From contig OY843592.1 in the NCBI GenBank assembly GCA_963692865.2, forward strand, positions 2,464,001-2,528,000: a stretch of DNA of 64,000 bases, written 5' to 3'. Below the pieces are notes generated by a model. It did not search any database and was not told the DNA's origin. It was given only the letters and a program-made list of their open reading frames with translations. Positions 29,316 to 40,526 of the stretch are shown here, piece by piece. The position numbers and the translations under genes are program-made. The first letter of the stretch is position 1. Each line of letters starts with the position of its first letter. The stretch comes from a bacterium. Lineage in GTDB: Bacteria > UBA8248.

Positions 29316-30292
29316 CTCCCCCTTGAGGGGGTAGTTGAAAAAGCCCATGTATCCCCGGTCGGCGACGTGATGATCCCGTAGTGCCAGCCCTTCCTCGGGG
29401 CTGTCTCACAGGCTTCCGGGCCTCTCCTGCCACGCAAAACGCGATGGCATTGCAGGTCAGACATATATGTCTGACATATCATGCGACCCGTATCGTGAAG
29501 GCGAAAAGGCAGGGCCGCATGATATGCGGCCCCTACGGTGAGATCCCGACCGGCCCGCAAGGGCTTTTTCAACAGCCCCTCCTCAATCGCGTTCGACCCC
29601 CGCTAACCGCCAACGCCCCTTTCCTCACCCTGAGTAGCCGCCGGGAGGCGGCGTATCGAAGGGGCCTGTCCTGAGCCTGTCGAAGGGCGAGGGGAATCGA
29701 ACGCCCCACGCCGGTACGAGCGGCAATCGCCCCCGCATTGGTTGCGATTGACTTTTGATACGCGGCTTCGCCGCTACTCAGGATGAGGCGGATGGGCGGC
29801 TGCGCAGGACGGTGGGGGGGGAGTCTTGCTCTTTCATCGGTCGCGTCAGGTTCTCGTTCGGCGGATTTTTTCAATGGCCCCTTCTTGCTCCGAATTCACC
29901 CCCACTGGCGCGGCTGCGGGCTTGCGCTCTCGCCTTGCTGTCCGGCTTTCCCCTCGGGAAACCCGACCCTCAAGGGGCTGTTGAAAAACCCCCTAACTTG
30001 CACCTAATCGAGAGTGTTCACCGTCATTCCGGCATGCGCCGGAATGACGAACAAAACGCATTCGTCCGTAGGGGCGGTTCGAGAACCGCCCGCTTTCTCC
30101 GGGATGGGGCGTTCGTGAACGCCTCACGTTCACGAACGGCTCCTACAAAAACCGCGCATGTCAAAACGAACCCACAGGAGCGGACACACGGGTCCGCCCC
30201 TGCACAACCATCGCCCTTGAAGGGCAACCCCCCTTGCCCCCTTGTCAGGGGGGTAGAGGCAATGCCCTCGACGAGGATTTTTCAACAACTCC
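29316..30292. repeat. About 1-kb array of nested REP/MITE-like modules
   Basis: Several GGGG(C/T)TGTTGAAAAA / TTTTTCAACA ends, the CAGACATATATGTCTG palindrome, a CCTGAGTAGC...GCTACTCAGG pair and GTAGGGGCG REPs. Segments are nearly identical to parts of 61.8-62.1 kb. Confidence 0.8.
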
Positions 30293-30573
30293 CTCACCGG
30301 CCGGGTTCGAAGCGCGCATTTGCCCGCATTTGCGAGGCTTCTCTCCGCCGCTCCTGCGCTATTCTCCCGAAAACCCCTCCGTGAGGGCGAGGCGGCGGGG
30401 CGGGGAAGCCTGATTCGGGAGCCGGAAATGGAGAAAAACCCGCGCATGAAACCCACCGGAACCGGCGCGATCCGGGCGGGCCTCGCAATTGTGTAAAATA
30501 AGATAAATTTGGATAAATATCGACAAATTGATGAAACGGAATGCGGATCATGATAAGGATTGAAAATGCTTTA

Positions 30574-30615
30574 AATCAAATGTTTATGAAGGTATACTCA
30601 AGTAACGCTTTGATA
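30574..30615. promoter_or_regulatory. Two inverted IHF-consensus boxes
   Basis: AATCAAATGTTTA (30574-30586) and, on the minus strand, TATCAAAGCGTTA (30603-30615). Both match WATCAANNNNTTR. Confidence 0.45.
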
Positions 30616-30889
30616 TTTTTCAGAAATTTGTCGAATTAAAAAGTTTTTTCAGAACGCGCATTTGCCCGCAGTCGAGTGAAGGAAAACCCTCCATCCCCGG
30701 CGCGCCCGTTGCCCGCCTTGGCGCCTCGCTTATCTCGGCGAACTTCACGACGACGATTCCCGATTGCGAACGCGGGTGCGAGCGGATACTATCGGGGACG
30801 CAACACGAAGCTGCATGACGACATGGTCCGGATGCGGCGCCGCAGGGCCTCTTTCGCCGCCGGCGCGGCCTCCAGAATTGAGGACGAAC

Positions 30890-32065
30890 ATGGACTTCAC
30901 ACTCACTCCCGAGCAGGAGCAACTCCAGAAGACGGCGCATGAGTTCGCCGCGCAGGAAATCCGCCCCGTCGCGGCGGCGCTCGACAAGGAGCCCGACCCG
31001 ATGAAGCGCTTCCCCTGGGAGGTGCTGGAGAAGGGGAGCAAACTGGGCCTGAGGACCCTGGCGCTTTCCAGGGATATGGGGGGGCCTGGTTGTGACGTGC
31101 TCACGCTGTGCATCGTGGGCGAGGAACTCGCCTGGGGCGATATGGGCACGGCCGTCACCCTTGATCAGGACTGGAAGATCACCCATCTGTTCGAGAAGCT
31201 GGCCAATGAGGAACAGAAGGCGCGTTTTCGGAAATCCTTTCAGGAGGACCACCACTTTCACCTGGCCGTCGGTATGACGGAGGAATCCGGCGGTTCGGAC
31301 AACATCATACCCTACGACAGCCCCGACGCCGGCGTGCGCACGACCGCCGTGCGCGACGGAGACGGCTGGCTGGCCAACGGGAAGAAGCGCTACATTAGCA
31401 ACGGCGGAATCGCAAAACTCTGCATCGTCGCCATGCGGACGGACCCGGCGAAAGGCGTGTCCGAGGGAATGACGTATTTCCTCATCACGCCGGATATGGA
31501 GGGTTTCCGCTACGGGAAAATTCACGACAAAATGGGGCAGCGGCTCTCCCTGAACGCGGAGCTGATTTTCGAGAATTGCCGGATACCGGATGAAAACCGC
31601 GTCACGGAAGTGAACCGCGCCATGCAGGCGCGCCGAATGTTCTTTCCCGGTTCGAACATAGAGGCCTCCGCGACCGTTCTCGGCACCGCCAGAGCGGCCT
31701 ATGAAGACGCCCTGGCGCACGCCCGGAGCCGGGTTCAGGGGGGCAAGCCGATCATCGGGCACCAGGCGATAGGCTTCATGCTGGCGGATTGTTTCGCCGA
31801 ATACGAAGCGAGCAGGCGGTTGCTCCACTACGCCGCCTGGACAGTCGGTCAGGAGGGCCTCTATGACCCCAAGACGGGATTCATGACCAAGTGTTTCGTG
31901 TCCGAATCATCGTACCGGATCGCCACGCGGGCCTTGGAAGTCTGGGGCGGCACCGGTTACATGACGGAAGCGCCGATGGAGAAGTACCTGAGGGACGTGA
32001 CCAGCTTCCTGCACTCCGACGGAACGAACCAGGTGATGCGCATTCGTTCCATGAAGTATTTATAG
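30890..32065 (+). CDS. Acyl-CoA dehydrogenase family protein
   Basis: MDFTLTPEQ, MTEESGGSD, NGKKRYISNG, KMGQR, HQAIGFMLAD, WGGTGY and GTNQVMR motifs. Confidence 0.94.
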   Translation: MDFTLTPEQEQLQKTAHEFAAQEIRPVAAALDKEPDPMKRFPWEVLEKGSKLGLRTLALSRDMGGPGCDVLTLCIVGEELAWGDMGTAVTLDQDWKITHLFEKLANEEQKARFRKSFQEDHHFHLAVGMTEESGGSDNIIPYDSPDAGVRTTAVRDGDGWLANGKKRYISNGGIAKLCIVAMRTDPAKGVSEGMTYFLITPDMEGFRYGKIHDKMGQRLSLNAELIFENCRIPDENRVTEVNRAMQARRMFFPGSNIEASATVLGTARAAYEDALAHARSRVQGGKPIIGHQAIGFMLADCFAEYEASRRLLHYAAWTVGQEGLYDPKTGFMTKCFVSESSYRIATRALEVWGGTGYMTEAPMEKYLRDVTSFLHSDGTNQVMRIRSMKYL

Positions 32066-32076
32066 GCGGGCATGAA

Positions 32077-33165
32077 ATGACAAAATCGGTCATACGCTCA
32101 CTCGAGGCGCTTCCTCTCAAAGTGCCTCTCAAGAAAACGTTTCAAAGCTCGCTCGGCGTCTATACCCACCTCGACGTCGTCGTGGCGCGCCTGCATACCG
32201 AAGGCGGGCCGAGCGGCACGGGTTTCACGATGGGCCTGGGCGGCGAGGGCGGCGCCGCCATGCTGCCGTACATCGAAAATGAATTGGCCCCGCTGGCGGT
32301 CGGGCAGGACGCCCTGGCCCCCGAGGCGCTTTGGCATCGCATGTGGGCGCCGAACAAGGCGAGAATGCGCGGCGGGCTGGGCTTGTATTCCCTCTCCGCG
32401 GTGGACATCGCCTGCTGGGACGTCGTGGCGAAAGCCGCAGGCCTGCCCTTGCATCGCCTGCTGGGCGGGTTTCGCCAAAAAGTGCCCGTTTACGGCAGCG
32501 GCGGCTGGCACACGCTCCCGGATTCCGAGTTGCTCGAAGAAGCCCAGGAAGCCGCCTCGCTCGGCATGAGCGGCTACAAGCTGAAGATCGGCACGCCGCG
32601 CGACCGGGAACGCCTCGAGTTTCTCAGAAAGAATATGGGCGAGGATTTCATTCTCTATTGCGATGCGAACCAGAACTACAACGTGCGCGAGGCGGTGGAA
32701 GTCTCATCCATGCTGGCGGAACTCGGCGTCGCATGGTTCGAGGAGCCCGTGCTGGCCGATTGCGTGGATGACCTCGCGGAAGTGGCCGAAAAGAGCATGG
32801 TGCCCACCGCGGCGGGCGAGAACGCCTACATGCGCTGGGGATTTCGAGAGATATGCGAACGCCGGGCGGTCGGTTTCCTGCAGCCGGACGTTTGCCGCTG
32901 CGGCGGGGTGACGGAGTTCATCAAAATCGCGCATCTGGCCGATGCCTTCAACATCTCCCTGAGCAGTCATCTGGCCCATGAACTGTCGGTCAGCCTCGTA
33001 GGCGCAACGCCCAGGGGCTATATGGTCGAATACATGGAGTTTTTCTCGCCGGATGATTTCACGCAGGATTTCACGGTGCGCGATGGACATATCCAGGTCC
33101 CCGATGCGCCCGGGCACGGCGTGGAATTCACGCCGGATGCGATTGAGCGATACAGAGTTTCCTGA
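32077..33165 (+). CDS. Mandelate racemase/muconate-lactonizing enzyme family protein (enolase superfamily)
   Basis: SAVDIACWD, KLK, DAN, WFEEP, GEN, QPD and PDAPGHG motifs. Confidence 0.92.
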   Translation: MTKSVIRSLEALPLKVPLKKTFQSSLGVYTHLDVVVARLHTEGGPSGTGFTMGLGGEGGAAMLPYIENELAPLAVGQDALAPEALWHRMWAPNKARMRGGLGLYSLSAVDIACWDVVAKAAGLPLHRLLGGFRQKVPVYGSGGWHTLPDSELLEEAQEAASLGMSGYKLKIGTPRDRERLEFLRKNMGEDFILYCDANQNYNVREAVEVSSMLAELGVAWFEEPVLADCVDDLAEVAEKSMVPTAAGENAYMRWGFREICERRAVGFLQPDVCRCGGVTEFIKIAHLADAFNISLSSHLAHELSVSLVGATPRGYMVEYMEFFSPDDFTQDFTVRDGHIQVPDAPGHGVEFTPDAIERYRVS

Positions 33166-33193
33166 ATTTCCAAGAACCATTTCTTGCTAGGAG

Positions 33194-34126
33194 ATGCGCA
33201 TGAGACTGTTGTCATACAATTACAGGGGCCTTGAAAGAGTCGGCGTGTACGTGGGGGATAAAATTGCCCACCTGTCGCGCCTGGCCGGAATTTCAGGCAA
33301 AAAAGAACTCGCATTCGGCAGCATGATAGAACTCATAAAAGCCTGGGAAGCGGATGGCCCTGCGTTGCATGACTTAATCGCGCAGGCGGAAGCGAATGCG
33401 GAAGAGTTGGCTCCCATCCTCATGGCGCCCGAAGACGTGCATCACATATCTCCGGTTCCTCACCCGCCCAAACATGTTCTTTGCATGGGGCTCAACTATC
33501 AGGACCACGTGAACGAGGGTCTGCAGGCGAAGGACGTACAAACGACGAGGGTTGAACTCGACCATCCCATCTTCTTCACAAAAGCGCAGAGTACCCTCAT
33601 CGGGCACAACGAAGGCATACCTGCGCATCGGGTGACGGAAAAACTCGACTATGAGGCCGAAATCGCCGTCATCATCGGGAAGCAAGGGAAAAACATCCCC
33701 AAAGACGAGGTTAATGACCACGTGTTTGGCTACTGTTGCGCAAACGACATCTCCGCGAGAGACATCCAGAGGCGCCACAAGCAGATTTTCAAGGGCAAGA
33801 CTCTTGATGGCACATGTCCGCTTGGACCATACATCGTCCCGAAAGAAGATTATGGCGACCCGATGAACCAGACCATCAGAAGCTGGGTGAACGGAGAAGC
33901 GCGCCAGGATTCGAACACGAACATGATGATTCACGATATTCCCTCGATGATTTCGGTGCTTTCGGAAGGTTTCACCCTGGAGCCGGGCGATATCTTTCTG
34001 ACGGGCACGCCTTCTGGCGTAGGCTACGCGCGAGAAACGCCCTCGTTTCTTGCGCCGGGCGATGTGGTGGAAGTGGAAGTCGGCGGATTGGGCCGTTTGC
34101 GAAACGTAATCGTGGATGTGGATTAG
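33194..34126 (+). CDS. Fumarylacetoacetate hydrolase family protein
   Basis: GLNYQDH, FTK, DYEAE, NDISARD, GKTLD and TGTPSGVG motifs. Confidence 0.93.
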   Translation: MRMRLLSYNYRGLERVGVYVGDKIAHLSRLAGISGKKELAFGSMIELIKAWEADGPALHDLIAQAEANAEELAPILMAPEDVHHISPVPHPPKHVLCMGLNYQDHVNEGLQAKDVQTTRVELDHPIFFTKAQSTLIGHNEGIPAHRVTEKLDYEAEIAVIIGKQGKNIPKDEVNDHVFGYCCANDISARDIQRRHKQIFKGKTLDGTCPLGPYIVPKEDYGDPMNQTIRSWVNGEARQDSNTNMMIHDIPSMISVLSEGFTLEPGDIFLTGTPSGVGYARETPSFLAPGDVVEVEVGGLGRLRNVIVDVD

Positions 34127-34158
34127 CTAATTCGCGAGCAAATCAAGGAGAAAAATGA

Positions 34159-34554
34159 ATGAGTGAGGCATTCTATCCCCCGGCGATTCGGCGTGGGGAT
34201 ACGCAATACGGGGAAGGTTACACGGAAAAACTATTCGGCAGGCTGAATAAGCTCGACCCTGACTTCTCTATGCTATTCCAGCGATTCGTTCATGGAGGTC
34301 TCTACGATCGCGATGTTCTTCCGCACAAGACCAGAGAATTTTGCGCACTCGCAGCTCTGTGCGTCACGGGCCGATTCAACCAAATGCGCTCTCATTTCAC
34401 GGCCGCGAGAAGTTACGGAGCGACGGACAAGGAAATCATGGAAGTGATTTTTCAAATGTCGCCATACAGTGGCGTTCCCGCCGTTTTGGAAAGCCTCCGG
34501 GTGTTCGAGGACTGGTTGGAATCGGGAGGCGCCATGACTGGATACGGGAAATAG
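34159..34554 (+). CDS. Carboxymuconolactone decarboxylase family protein
   Basis: GLYDRDVLPHKTRE..LAAL and H...A...GAT..EI.EVI...PYSGVP pattern. Confidence 0.85.
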   Translation: MSEAFYPPAIRRGDTQYGEGYTEKLFGRLNKLDPDFSMLFQRFVHGGLYDRDVLPHKTREFCALAALCVTGRFNQMRSHFTAARSYGATDKEIMEVIFQMSPYSGVPAVLESLRVFEDWLESGGAMTGYGK

Positions 34555-34557
34555 ACA

Positions 34558-35388
34558 ATGCTTTCTCCGCTGCCGAGAGAACGCGGCCTGAGAGACAAGG
34601 TGGCGCTCATCACCGGCGCAGGAGGCGGAATTGGACGCGGCATCGCTCGGTGCCTGGCGGAAGAAGGCGCCCATCTGGCGATGGCCGACATCTCACCATC
34701 CGGGGCTGAGATGGCCGCGAGAGAAATGGGCGAATTCGATATGAACGCTATTCCATACGCTCTCGATGTGACAGACAAAAGCCAGTGCATGGACATTGTA
34801 GATGCAATCATAAAAGAATTTGGCAGCTTGGATATTGTGGTTAACAATGCAGGCGTTATTGGCGGAGCGGATTTCAAACTTGGGATGCCTCTATCCGACA
34901 TCAATGAAGATGACTGGGACGACACGTATAACGTCAACGTCAAGGGAGTCTTTCTGTTGTGTCAAGCATCGCTTGAAAAAATGAAGGGGAAGGACTGGGG
35001 GCGCATCATCAATATCTCCTCACGCGCCGGGCGTGATGGCCGCGAAACCATACCCCATTACAGCGCGAGCAAAGCAGCGGTGATTATTTTCACCCAGGCG
35101 CTCGCGCGTGAAGTAGCGCGAGAAGGCATTACGGTGAACGCGGTTTGTCCTGGCCTGATATGGAGCGCAATGTGGGAGCAACTGGCGGAGCAGTTCAAGA
35201 AAAAATTCCCGAACTTCAAAGGGAAAACAGCCAGAGAAGTTTTTGACCATTTTGTGGAACAAACACCCATAGGAGTCGAGCAATCGATCGAAGATATTGG
35301 ACGAGCAGTCGCCTTTTTGGCGAGCGACGATGCGAAAACGATTACCGGCCAAGCTATTCTGGTTGATTCAGGAGCTGTGATGCGCTGA
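34558..35388 (+). CDS. SDR family NAD(P)-dependent oxidoreductase
   Basis: TGAGGGIG, NNAG, YSASK and NAVCPG motifs. Confidence 0.95.
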   Translation: MLSPLPRERGLRDKVALITGAGGGIGRGIARCLAEEGAHLAMADISPSGAEMAAREMGEFDMNAIPYALDVTDKSQCMDIVDAIIKEFGSLDIVVNNAGVIGGADFKLGMPLSDINEDDWDDTYNVNVKGVFLLCQASLEKMKGKDWGRIINISSRAGRDGRETIPHYSASKAAVIIFTQALAREVAREGITVNAVCPGLIWSAMWEQLAEQFKKKFPNFKGKTAREVFDHFVEQTPIGVEQSIEDIGRAVAFLASDDAKTITGQAILVDSGAVMR

Positions 35389-35546
35389 GGTTATATCTAT
35401 TGAAATTCAGTAGTTCGGTTGACTGGGTGTTTGTTTGACTTGTCTTTTCTGCCTTGATAAGTTGTTTTAACACCTACGGTTCGCTACAGAAACACTTTGT
35501 TTCTTGTGCCAATAAACATTTCGGAAAATTGATGGGACAATGCCCT

Positions 35547-36452
35547 ATGGGTAAGAAGTACACCATCATGGTGATACCGAGCAACTCTAGCGGAACCCGT
35601 CGCCTCAGCATCACGAGGGGAATGATAATTCTGCTGCTCTTATGTTTTTGCTCTCTTGTTGGAGCGACGCTATACCTGACACAAGAGAGAATTTCATTAA
35701 CGAAGCATTTGGCCAAACTCTCCCCCCTGGTACAACAAAACCAAACACAAAGGGAACTTCTTGAAAAATTCACGGGCAAACTCCAATCCCTGGACAACAA
35801 CCTGATACAACTCAAGCAACTTGAAGACCAGCTTCGAATCATGGCCTCGCTGAAACCGGGAAAACGAAAAGACGACCTGGGTGTGGGAGGTGTCTCAAAA
35901 CACGCGCTGTCTCACGACTTAGAGAAACTCGCCCCGTCTGAACAAAGGTTTATTCGGAGATTAAATCGTCAATTCCAAGATATTGAAAAGCGCTCCACCG
36001 AACAGGAAAGCGCGTTCAAAGACCTGCTAAGAGCATTCCGCGACAAAAGTGTATTGCTCGCCCACACACCCTCGATATGGCCTGTCAAGGGTTGGCTTTC
36101 GTCCAGCTTTGGTTACAGAAACTCCCCGTTTACGAATCGGCGAGAATTTCATGCGGGAATTGATGTCGTTGCAAGGGAGGGAACCCCCGTTTTCGCCCCG
36201 GCGGATGGCGTCGTCATTAGTGTAACAAGAGCGGGAGGATTTGGTAAAATTGTTCGAATCCGGCACATGCAGGGTATTGTGACTACATTTGCCCATAATA
36301 GCGTGAATTTAGTGAAAGTCGGTCAGCGTGTAAGGAGAGGTGAGATTATTGCTAGAGTCGGGTCCACAGGCAGATCCACCGGCCCACATCTTCACTACGA
36401 AGTTCGGATCAACGGAGTCGCCGTCAATCCCAGGCTGTATATCGTAGAGTAA
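35547..36452 (+). CDS. M23 family metallopeptidase (membrane-anchored, coiled-coil)
   Basis: N-terminal TM; PSIWPVKG, HAGID and GSTGRSTGPHLHYEV motifs. Immediately upstream of secA. Confidence 0.92.
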   Translation: MGKKYTIMVIPSNSSGTRRLSITRGMIILLLLCFCSLVGATLYLTQERISLTKHLAKLSPLVQQNQTQRELLEKFTGKLQSLDNNLIQLKQLEDQLRIMASLKPGKRKDDLGVGGVSKHALSHDLEKLAPSEQRFIRRLNRQFQDIEKRSTEQESAFKDLLRAFRDKSVLLAHTPSIWPVKGWLSSSFGYRNSPFTNRREFHAGIDVVAREGTPVFAPADGVVISVTRAGGFGKIVRIRHMQGIVTTFAHNSVNLVKVGQRVRRGEIIARVGSTGRSTGPHLHYEVRINGVAVNPRLYIVE

Positions 36453-36570
36453 AAACTGCCACCATCCCGCCTGACGTATTCGCTTTTTCTCTCTAAGACA
36501 CCATGGTAATCTACGTTTGCGCAAAAGGTGATTCGCACCTATGAACCGTATGGAGTGAATGGAGTGATGA

Positions 36571-39393
36571 ATGATAGGCTCAGTTTTTGGATCAAGCAAA
36601 TCGATGTTCAAATCGGTATTCGGGACGGCAAATGACCGCTTGCTCAAAAAGGTGCATCCGGTAGTCACGGAGATAAATTCTTACGAATCCCGCGTGAAAG
36701 AGATTCCTGATTCACAGATGCGCGAGGAAACTGAACACTTCAAAGAGCGGCTCGCCGCCGGTGAAACATTGGATGATATTCTACCGGAAGCGTTTGCTTT
36801 GGTGCGAGAAGCCGGCTGGCGTCATCTCCAAATGCGTCATTTCGATGTTCAACTCATAGGAGGCATTATTCTTCACAGCGGGAAAATTGCCGAGATGAAA
36901 ACCGGGGAAGGCAAAACCCTCGTCGCTACTCTTGCGGCCTATTTGAATGCCTTAGAGGGCAAGGGTGTGCACATCGTTACAGTGAACGACTATCTCGCGA
37001 GCCGCGATTCTGAATGGATGGGCCGTCTGTTTAGAGCACTCGGTCTCACGGTTGGGTGCATACAGCATGGCATGGATGACGACACGCGTCGCCGCGCATA
37101 TGCCTGCGACATTACATACGGCACCAATAATGAGTTCGGGTTCGATTATTTGAGAGACAACATGAAATTCGAGTCCGGCACTAGGGTCATGCGTGAGCTA
37201 AATTACGCCATCGTGGATGAAGTTGATAGTATATTGATTGATGAAGCGAGGACTCCTCTCATCATCAGTGGGCCGGCGGATGAGGCCACACGGATGTATG
37301 GCGTTGTAAACCGCGTCATACGTCCCCTGCTGAAAGAACAGCAAGGCGTTGTCGAGAAAGACCACGAGGAAGAAGACGATGGATATGTCGAAGGCGGCAA
37401 AGATGTTATCAGCAAGAAAAAATACGAATATCTGCTCGTCGATGAAAAAAGCCGAACAGTAAACCTAAAAGAAACGGGTGGGCACGAAGCCGAAAAACTT
37501 CTCCGCCGCTCCGGTATCATGTCGAATGACCAAAGTTTGTATGATATGAGCAGCATCACGGTGCTGCATCATGTGGAACAGGCTCTTAAGGCGCACGTCT
37601 TGTTCACGAAAGACATTGATTATGTCGTGAAGGACAACGAAGTTGTAATAGTCGATGAGTTCACGGGGCGCATGATGCCGGGCAGACGTTTTAGTGATGG
37701 CCTGCATCAGGCGTTGGAAGCGAAAGAGGGCGTCAAGGTTCAGGAAGAAAACGTGACACTGGCGACCATTACGTTCCAGAATTATTTCAGGCTCTACAGC
37801 AAATTGGCCGGCATGACCGGTACAGCGGATACTGAAGCCGCGGAATTCAATTCCACATACAAAATAGATGTGGCCGTCGTGCCGACGAATCGTGAATTGA
37901 TTCGAACCGAACACCCTGACGTGGTCTATCGCTCGGAACATGAAAAGATAGACGCCGTCGTGGACGAGATATTTGAATGCCACAAGAGGGGACAACCAGT
38001 ACTGGTAGGTACAATCAATATAGAAAAAAGTGAAAGACTCGCCTCGATCCTAAAAAGAAGACGTATTCCACATCATGTGCTCAACGCGAAAAACCATAGT
38101 AAAGAAGCGGAAATCATTGCCCAGGCAGGGCGCAAAGGAGCTGTCACCATCTCTACCAACATGGCGGGTCGTGGAACGGACATCCTTCTTGGCGGCAATC
38201 CGGAGTTTCTCGCTTCTGCAAAAACGAACACGAATGAAGGCTCTGAGTATGAGGAGGCACTGAAAGATTTTCGGGTGACTTGTCAAGCAGAGCATGACGA
38301 AGTGGTCAAGCTGGGGGGTCTTCATGTGTTAGCTACCGAACGCCACGAAAGCCGCCGCATCGACAACCAACTCCGTGGCCGCTCAGGCAGGCAGGGGGAC
38401 CCAGGAAGTTCGCGGTTCTTCCTTTCCTTAGAAGATGACTTGCTGCGTATTTTTGGCTCCGACAGAATCAAAGGTTTGATGGAAAAATTAGGGATGGAGG
38501 AGGGGGTTCCCATTGAAGCCAAAATGGTGACGCGCGCCATAGAGAATGCTCAGAAACGCGTTGAGGCGCATCATTTCGAGATGAGAAAACATCTTCTCGA
38601 ATATGATGACGTGATGAATAAGCAACGCGAGGTCATCTATTCAATGCGTCGAGAAATTTTAGAAGGTGCCGATGTACTTGATCGAATCAGAGAATTTGCA
38701 TCTAGTATCCTTGATTCCATTGTTGATTTGCATTTGCCGGAGTCAGAACATTTTGAAGATTGGGATTTGGAGGCTTTCTCGGGCGCGGTTGAGAGTCAAT
38801 ATGGTATCCATGCGACAGTAGAAGGACAAAAAGTCATTTTCTCAACCTCCGATCCCATGGTTGTGGATGTCGAAGAGTTGCCTAGAGATGAACTCGTCCA
38901 AAAAGTCCACAATTTCGTACAGGACGTTTTGGAGGATAAATACCGCGATTTTGATCCTGAGACCGTCCTGGAACTCGCAAAACTCATTTATATCCAGATA
39001 TTGGATACGCAGTGGAAAGACCACCTGACAAACATAGAACAACTCAAAGAGGGAATTGGACTGAGAGGCTATGCGCAGGTAAACCCCTTGAACGAATACA
39101 AGAAAGAAGCTTTTGACATGTTCGGAACAATGACTGAAAGAATTGAGGCAGAGACGGTTCTGTATATGTATCGACTCGATGTTTCGGATGAGGATGTCGT
39201 CTTGGACGAATCGCGCCATGAACAAGAAATGGTATTCTCCCATGCGGACGCGGCGGGATTTGGAGATGCTCCTCCCGGAGAGACAATACAGACATCCACC
39301 CCGGTTAGACGAACCACTCCCAAGGTTGGACGCAATGATCCATGCCCTTGCGGCAGTGGCAAAAAATACAAGTTTTGCTGCGGAAGATCATAA
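36571..39393 (+). CDS. secA: Preprotein translocase ATPase SecA
   Basis: [34 protein letters not shown] and [16 protein letters not shown] motifs; C-terminal [14 protein letters not shown]. Confidence 0.99.
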   Translation: MIGSVFGSSKSMFKSVFGTANDRLLKKVHPVVTEINSYESRVKEIPDSQMREETEHFKERLAAGETLDDILPEAFALVREAGWRHLQMRHFDVQLIGGIILHSGKIAEMKTGEGKTLVATLAAYLNALEGKGVHIVTVNDYLASRDSEWMGRLFRALGLTVGCIQHGMDDDTRRRAYACDITYGTNNEFGFDYLRDNMKFESGTRVMRELNYAIVDEVDSILIDEARTPLIISGPADEATRMYGVVNRVIRPLLKEQQGVVEKDHEEEDDGYVEGGKDVISKKKYEYLLVDEKSRTVNLKETGGHEAEKLLRRSGIMSNDQSLYDMSSITVLHHVEQALKAHVLFTKDIDYVVKDNEVVIVDEFTGRMMPGRRFSDGLHQALEAKEGVKVQEENVTLATITFQNYFRLYSKLAGMTGTADTEAAEFNSTYKIDVAVVPTNRELIRTEHPDVVYRSEHEKIDAVVDEIFECHKRGQPVLVGTINIEKSERLASILKRRRIPHHVLNAKNHSKEAEIIAQAGRKGAVTISTNMAGRGTDILLGGNPEFLASAKTNTNEGSEYEEALKDFRVTCQAEHDEVVKLGGLHVLATERHESRRIDNQLRGRSGRQGDPGSSRFFLSLEDDLLRIFGSDRIKGLMEKLGMEEGVPIEAKMVTRAIENAQKRVEAHHFEMRKHLLEYDDVMNKQREVIYSMRREILEGADVLDRIREFASSILDSIVDLHLPESEHFEDWDLEAFSGAVESQYGIHATVEGQKVIFSTSDPMVVDVEELPRDELVQKVHNFVQDVLEDKYRDFDPETVLELAKLIYIQILDTQWKDHLTNIEQLKEGIGLRGYAQVNPLNEYKKEAFDMFGTMTERIEAETVLYMYRLDVSDEDVVLDESRHEQEMVFSHADAAGFGDAPPGETIQTSTPVRRTTPKVGRNDPCPCGSGKKYKFCCGRS

Positions 39394-39502
39394 CGCTTCC
39401 ATACCACATACATGGTATGCAACAACAAGGTTTCTATTCAGGCGATGGATCCGTTAGCTTGCGTCCATTCAAAAATGAAACATTTTCTCTTATCGTGAAG
39501 GT

Positions 39503-40525
39503 ATGAAAATGCAGTTCGGAATCATGCTTAGAGGTCAATTCACTTTGGAAGACGACATGCAATCCCGCTTCCGGGAATTGATGCAACAAGCAAGGAAGGC
39601 GCAAGACTTAGGGTTCGTCTCGGTCACCAAAGGAAACCACTATAGCGCTTACCCACTTCAGGATTTCCAGCAATTGCCTTTTCTCGCTCGTATCAGTGCT
39701 GAAGCCCCAAAGCTGCGTCTTAATGCTGGCATCGTCCTGTTGTCGCTCCACAAACCGATGGATATGGCTGAACAGCTGGCAACGATTGACGTGATGTCAG
39801 GGGGAAAACTTATTTTCGGTGCCGGACTCGGCTACCGTGAAGTGGAATTCAGGGGATTCGGCACAACGCAAAAGGAGAGGGTAAAGCGTCTTGAGGAAAA
39901 CTTGGAAGCCATCAAGCGACTATGGGCAGAAGAAAAAGTTTCGATGAAAGGTTCTCACTTCGAGCTCATCGAAGCATCGTGTCCTATGAAACCTATTCAA
40001 AAACCACATCCTCCAATTTGGATTGGAGCTAACAGCGATGCGGGCATACGCCGTGCAGCAAGGCTGGGAGATTGTTATTACGTGAACCCGCACAATCGCC
40101 TCGACACTACAAAGCGTCAAATCGATCTTTACCGTCGGACATTGGACGAACTCGGCAAACCCTTTCCTGCAGAATTTCCGATGCGCCGCGAGGTGTTCGT
40201 CGCAAAAGACCATGCGGAAGCAATTCGACTCAGCAAGCCTTATCTCGAGATTAAGTATCGTGAATACCATCGCTGGGGCCAGGACAAGGCCATGCCCGAG
40301 GGGGACGACGACCTCGGGCAGCAGTTCGAGGACCTGTTGCAGGACAGGTTTATTCTCGGTTCCCCGGACGAAGTTGCGGATAAAATGCTGGAGTTGGCGA
40401 AACTCGGGATCAATCACCTCATCATCAGCATTCAATGGCCGGGGATGCCGCAATCCCTCGTTTTGGAAACGATGCAATTGCTGGCCGAGCAGGTGTTTCC
40501 AAAAGTTCGGGAAGGGGTGAAATAA
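39503..40525 (+). CDS. LLM class flavin-dependent oxidoreductase
   Basis: AEQLATIDVMSGGKLIFGAGLGYR..EF, PIQKPHPPIWIG and GSPDEV motifs. Confidence 0.92.
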   Translation: MKMQFGIMLRGQFTLEDDMQSRFRELMQQARKAQDLGFVSVTKGNHYSAYPLQDFQQLPFLARISAEAPKLRLNAGIVLLSLHKPMDMAEQLATIDVMSGGKLIFGAGLGYREVEFRGFGTTQKERVKRLEENLEAIKRLWAEEKVSMKGSHFELIEASCPMKPIQKPHPPIWIGANSDAGIRRAARLGDCYYVNPHNRLDTTKRQIDLYRRTLDELGKPFPAEFPMRREVFVAKDHAEAIRLSKPYLEIKYREYHRWGQDKAMPEGDDDLGQQFEDLLQDRFILGSPDEVADKMLELAKLGINHLIISIQWPGMPQSLVLETMQLLAEQVFPKVREGVK

Positions 40526-40526
40526 C

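Noticed and set aside
29316-30292. Possible CRISPR array among the palindromic repeats
   Set aside because: Repeats are inverted, heterogeneous and irregularly spaced. There is no direct repeat-spacer periodicity and no cas genes.
36571-36633. Apparent duplication at the SecA N-terminus (MIGSVFGSS / MFKSVFGTA)
   Set aside because: Short, diverged at DNA level and within the variable SecA N-terminus. It only makes the start codon ambiguous.
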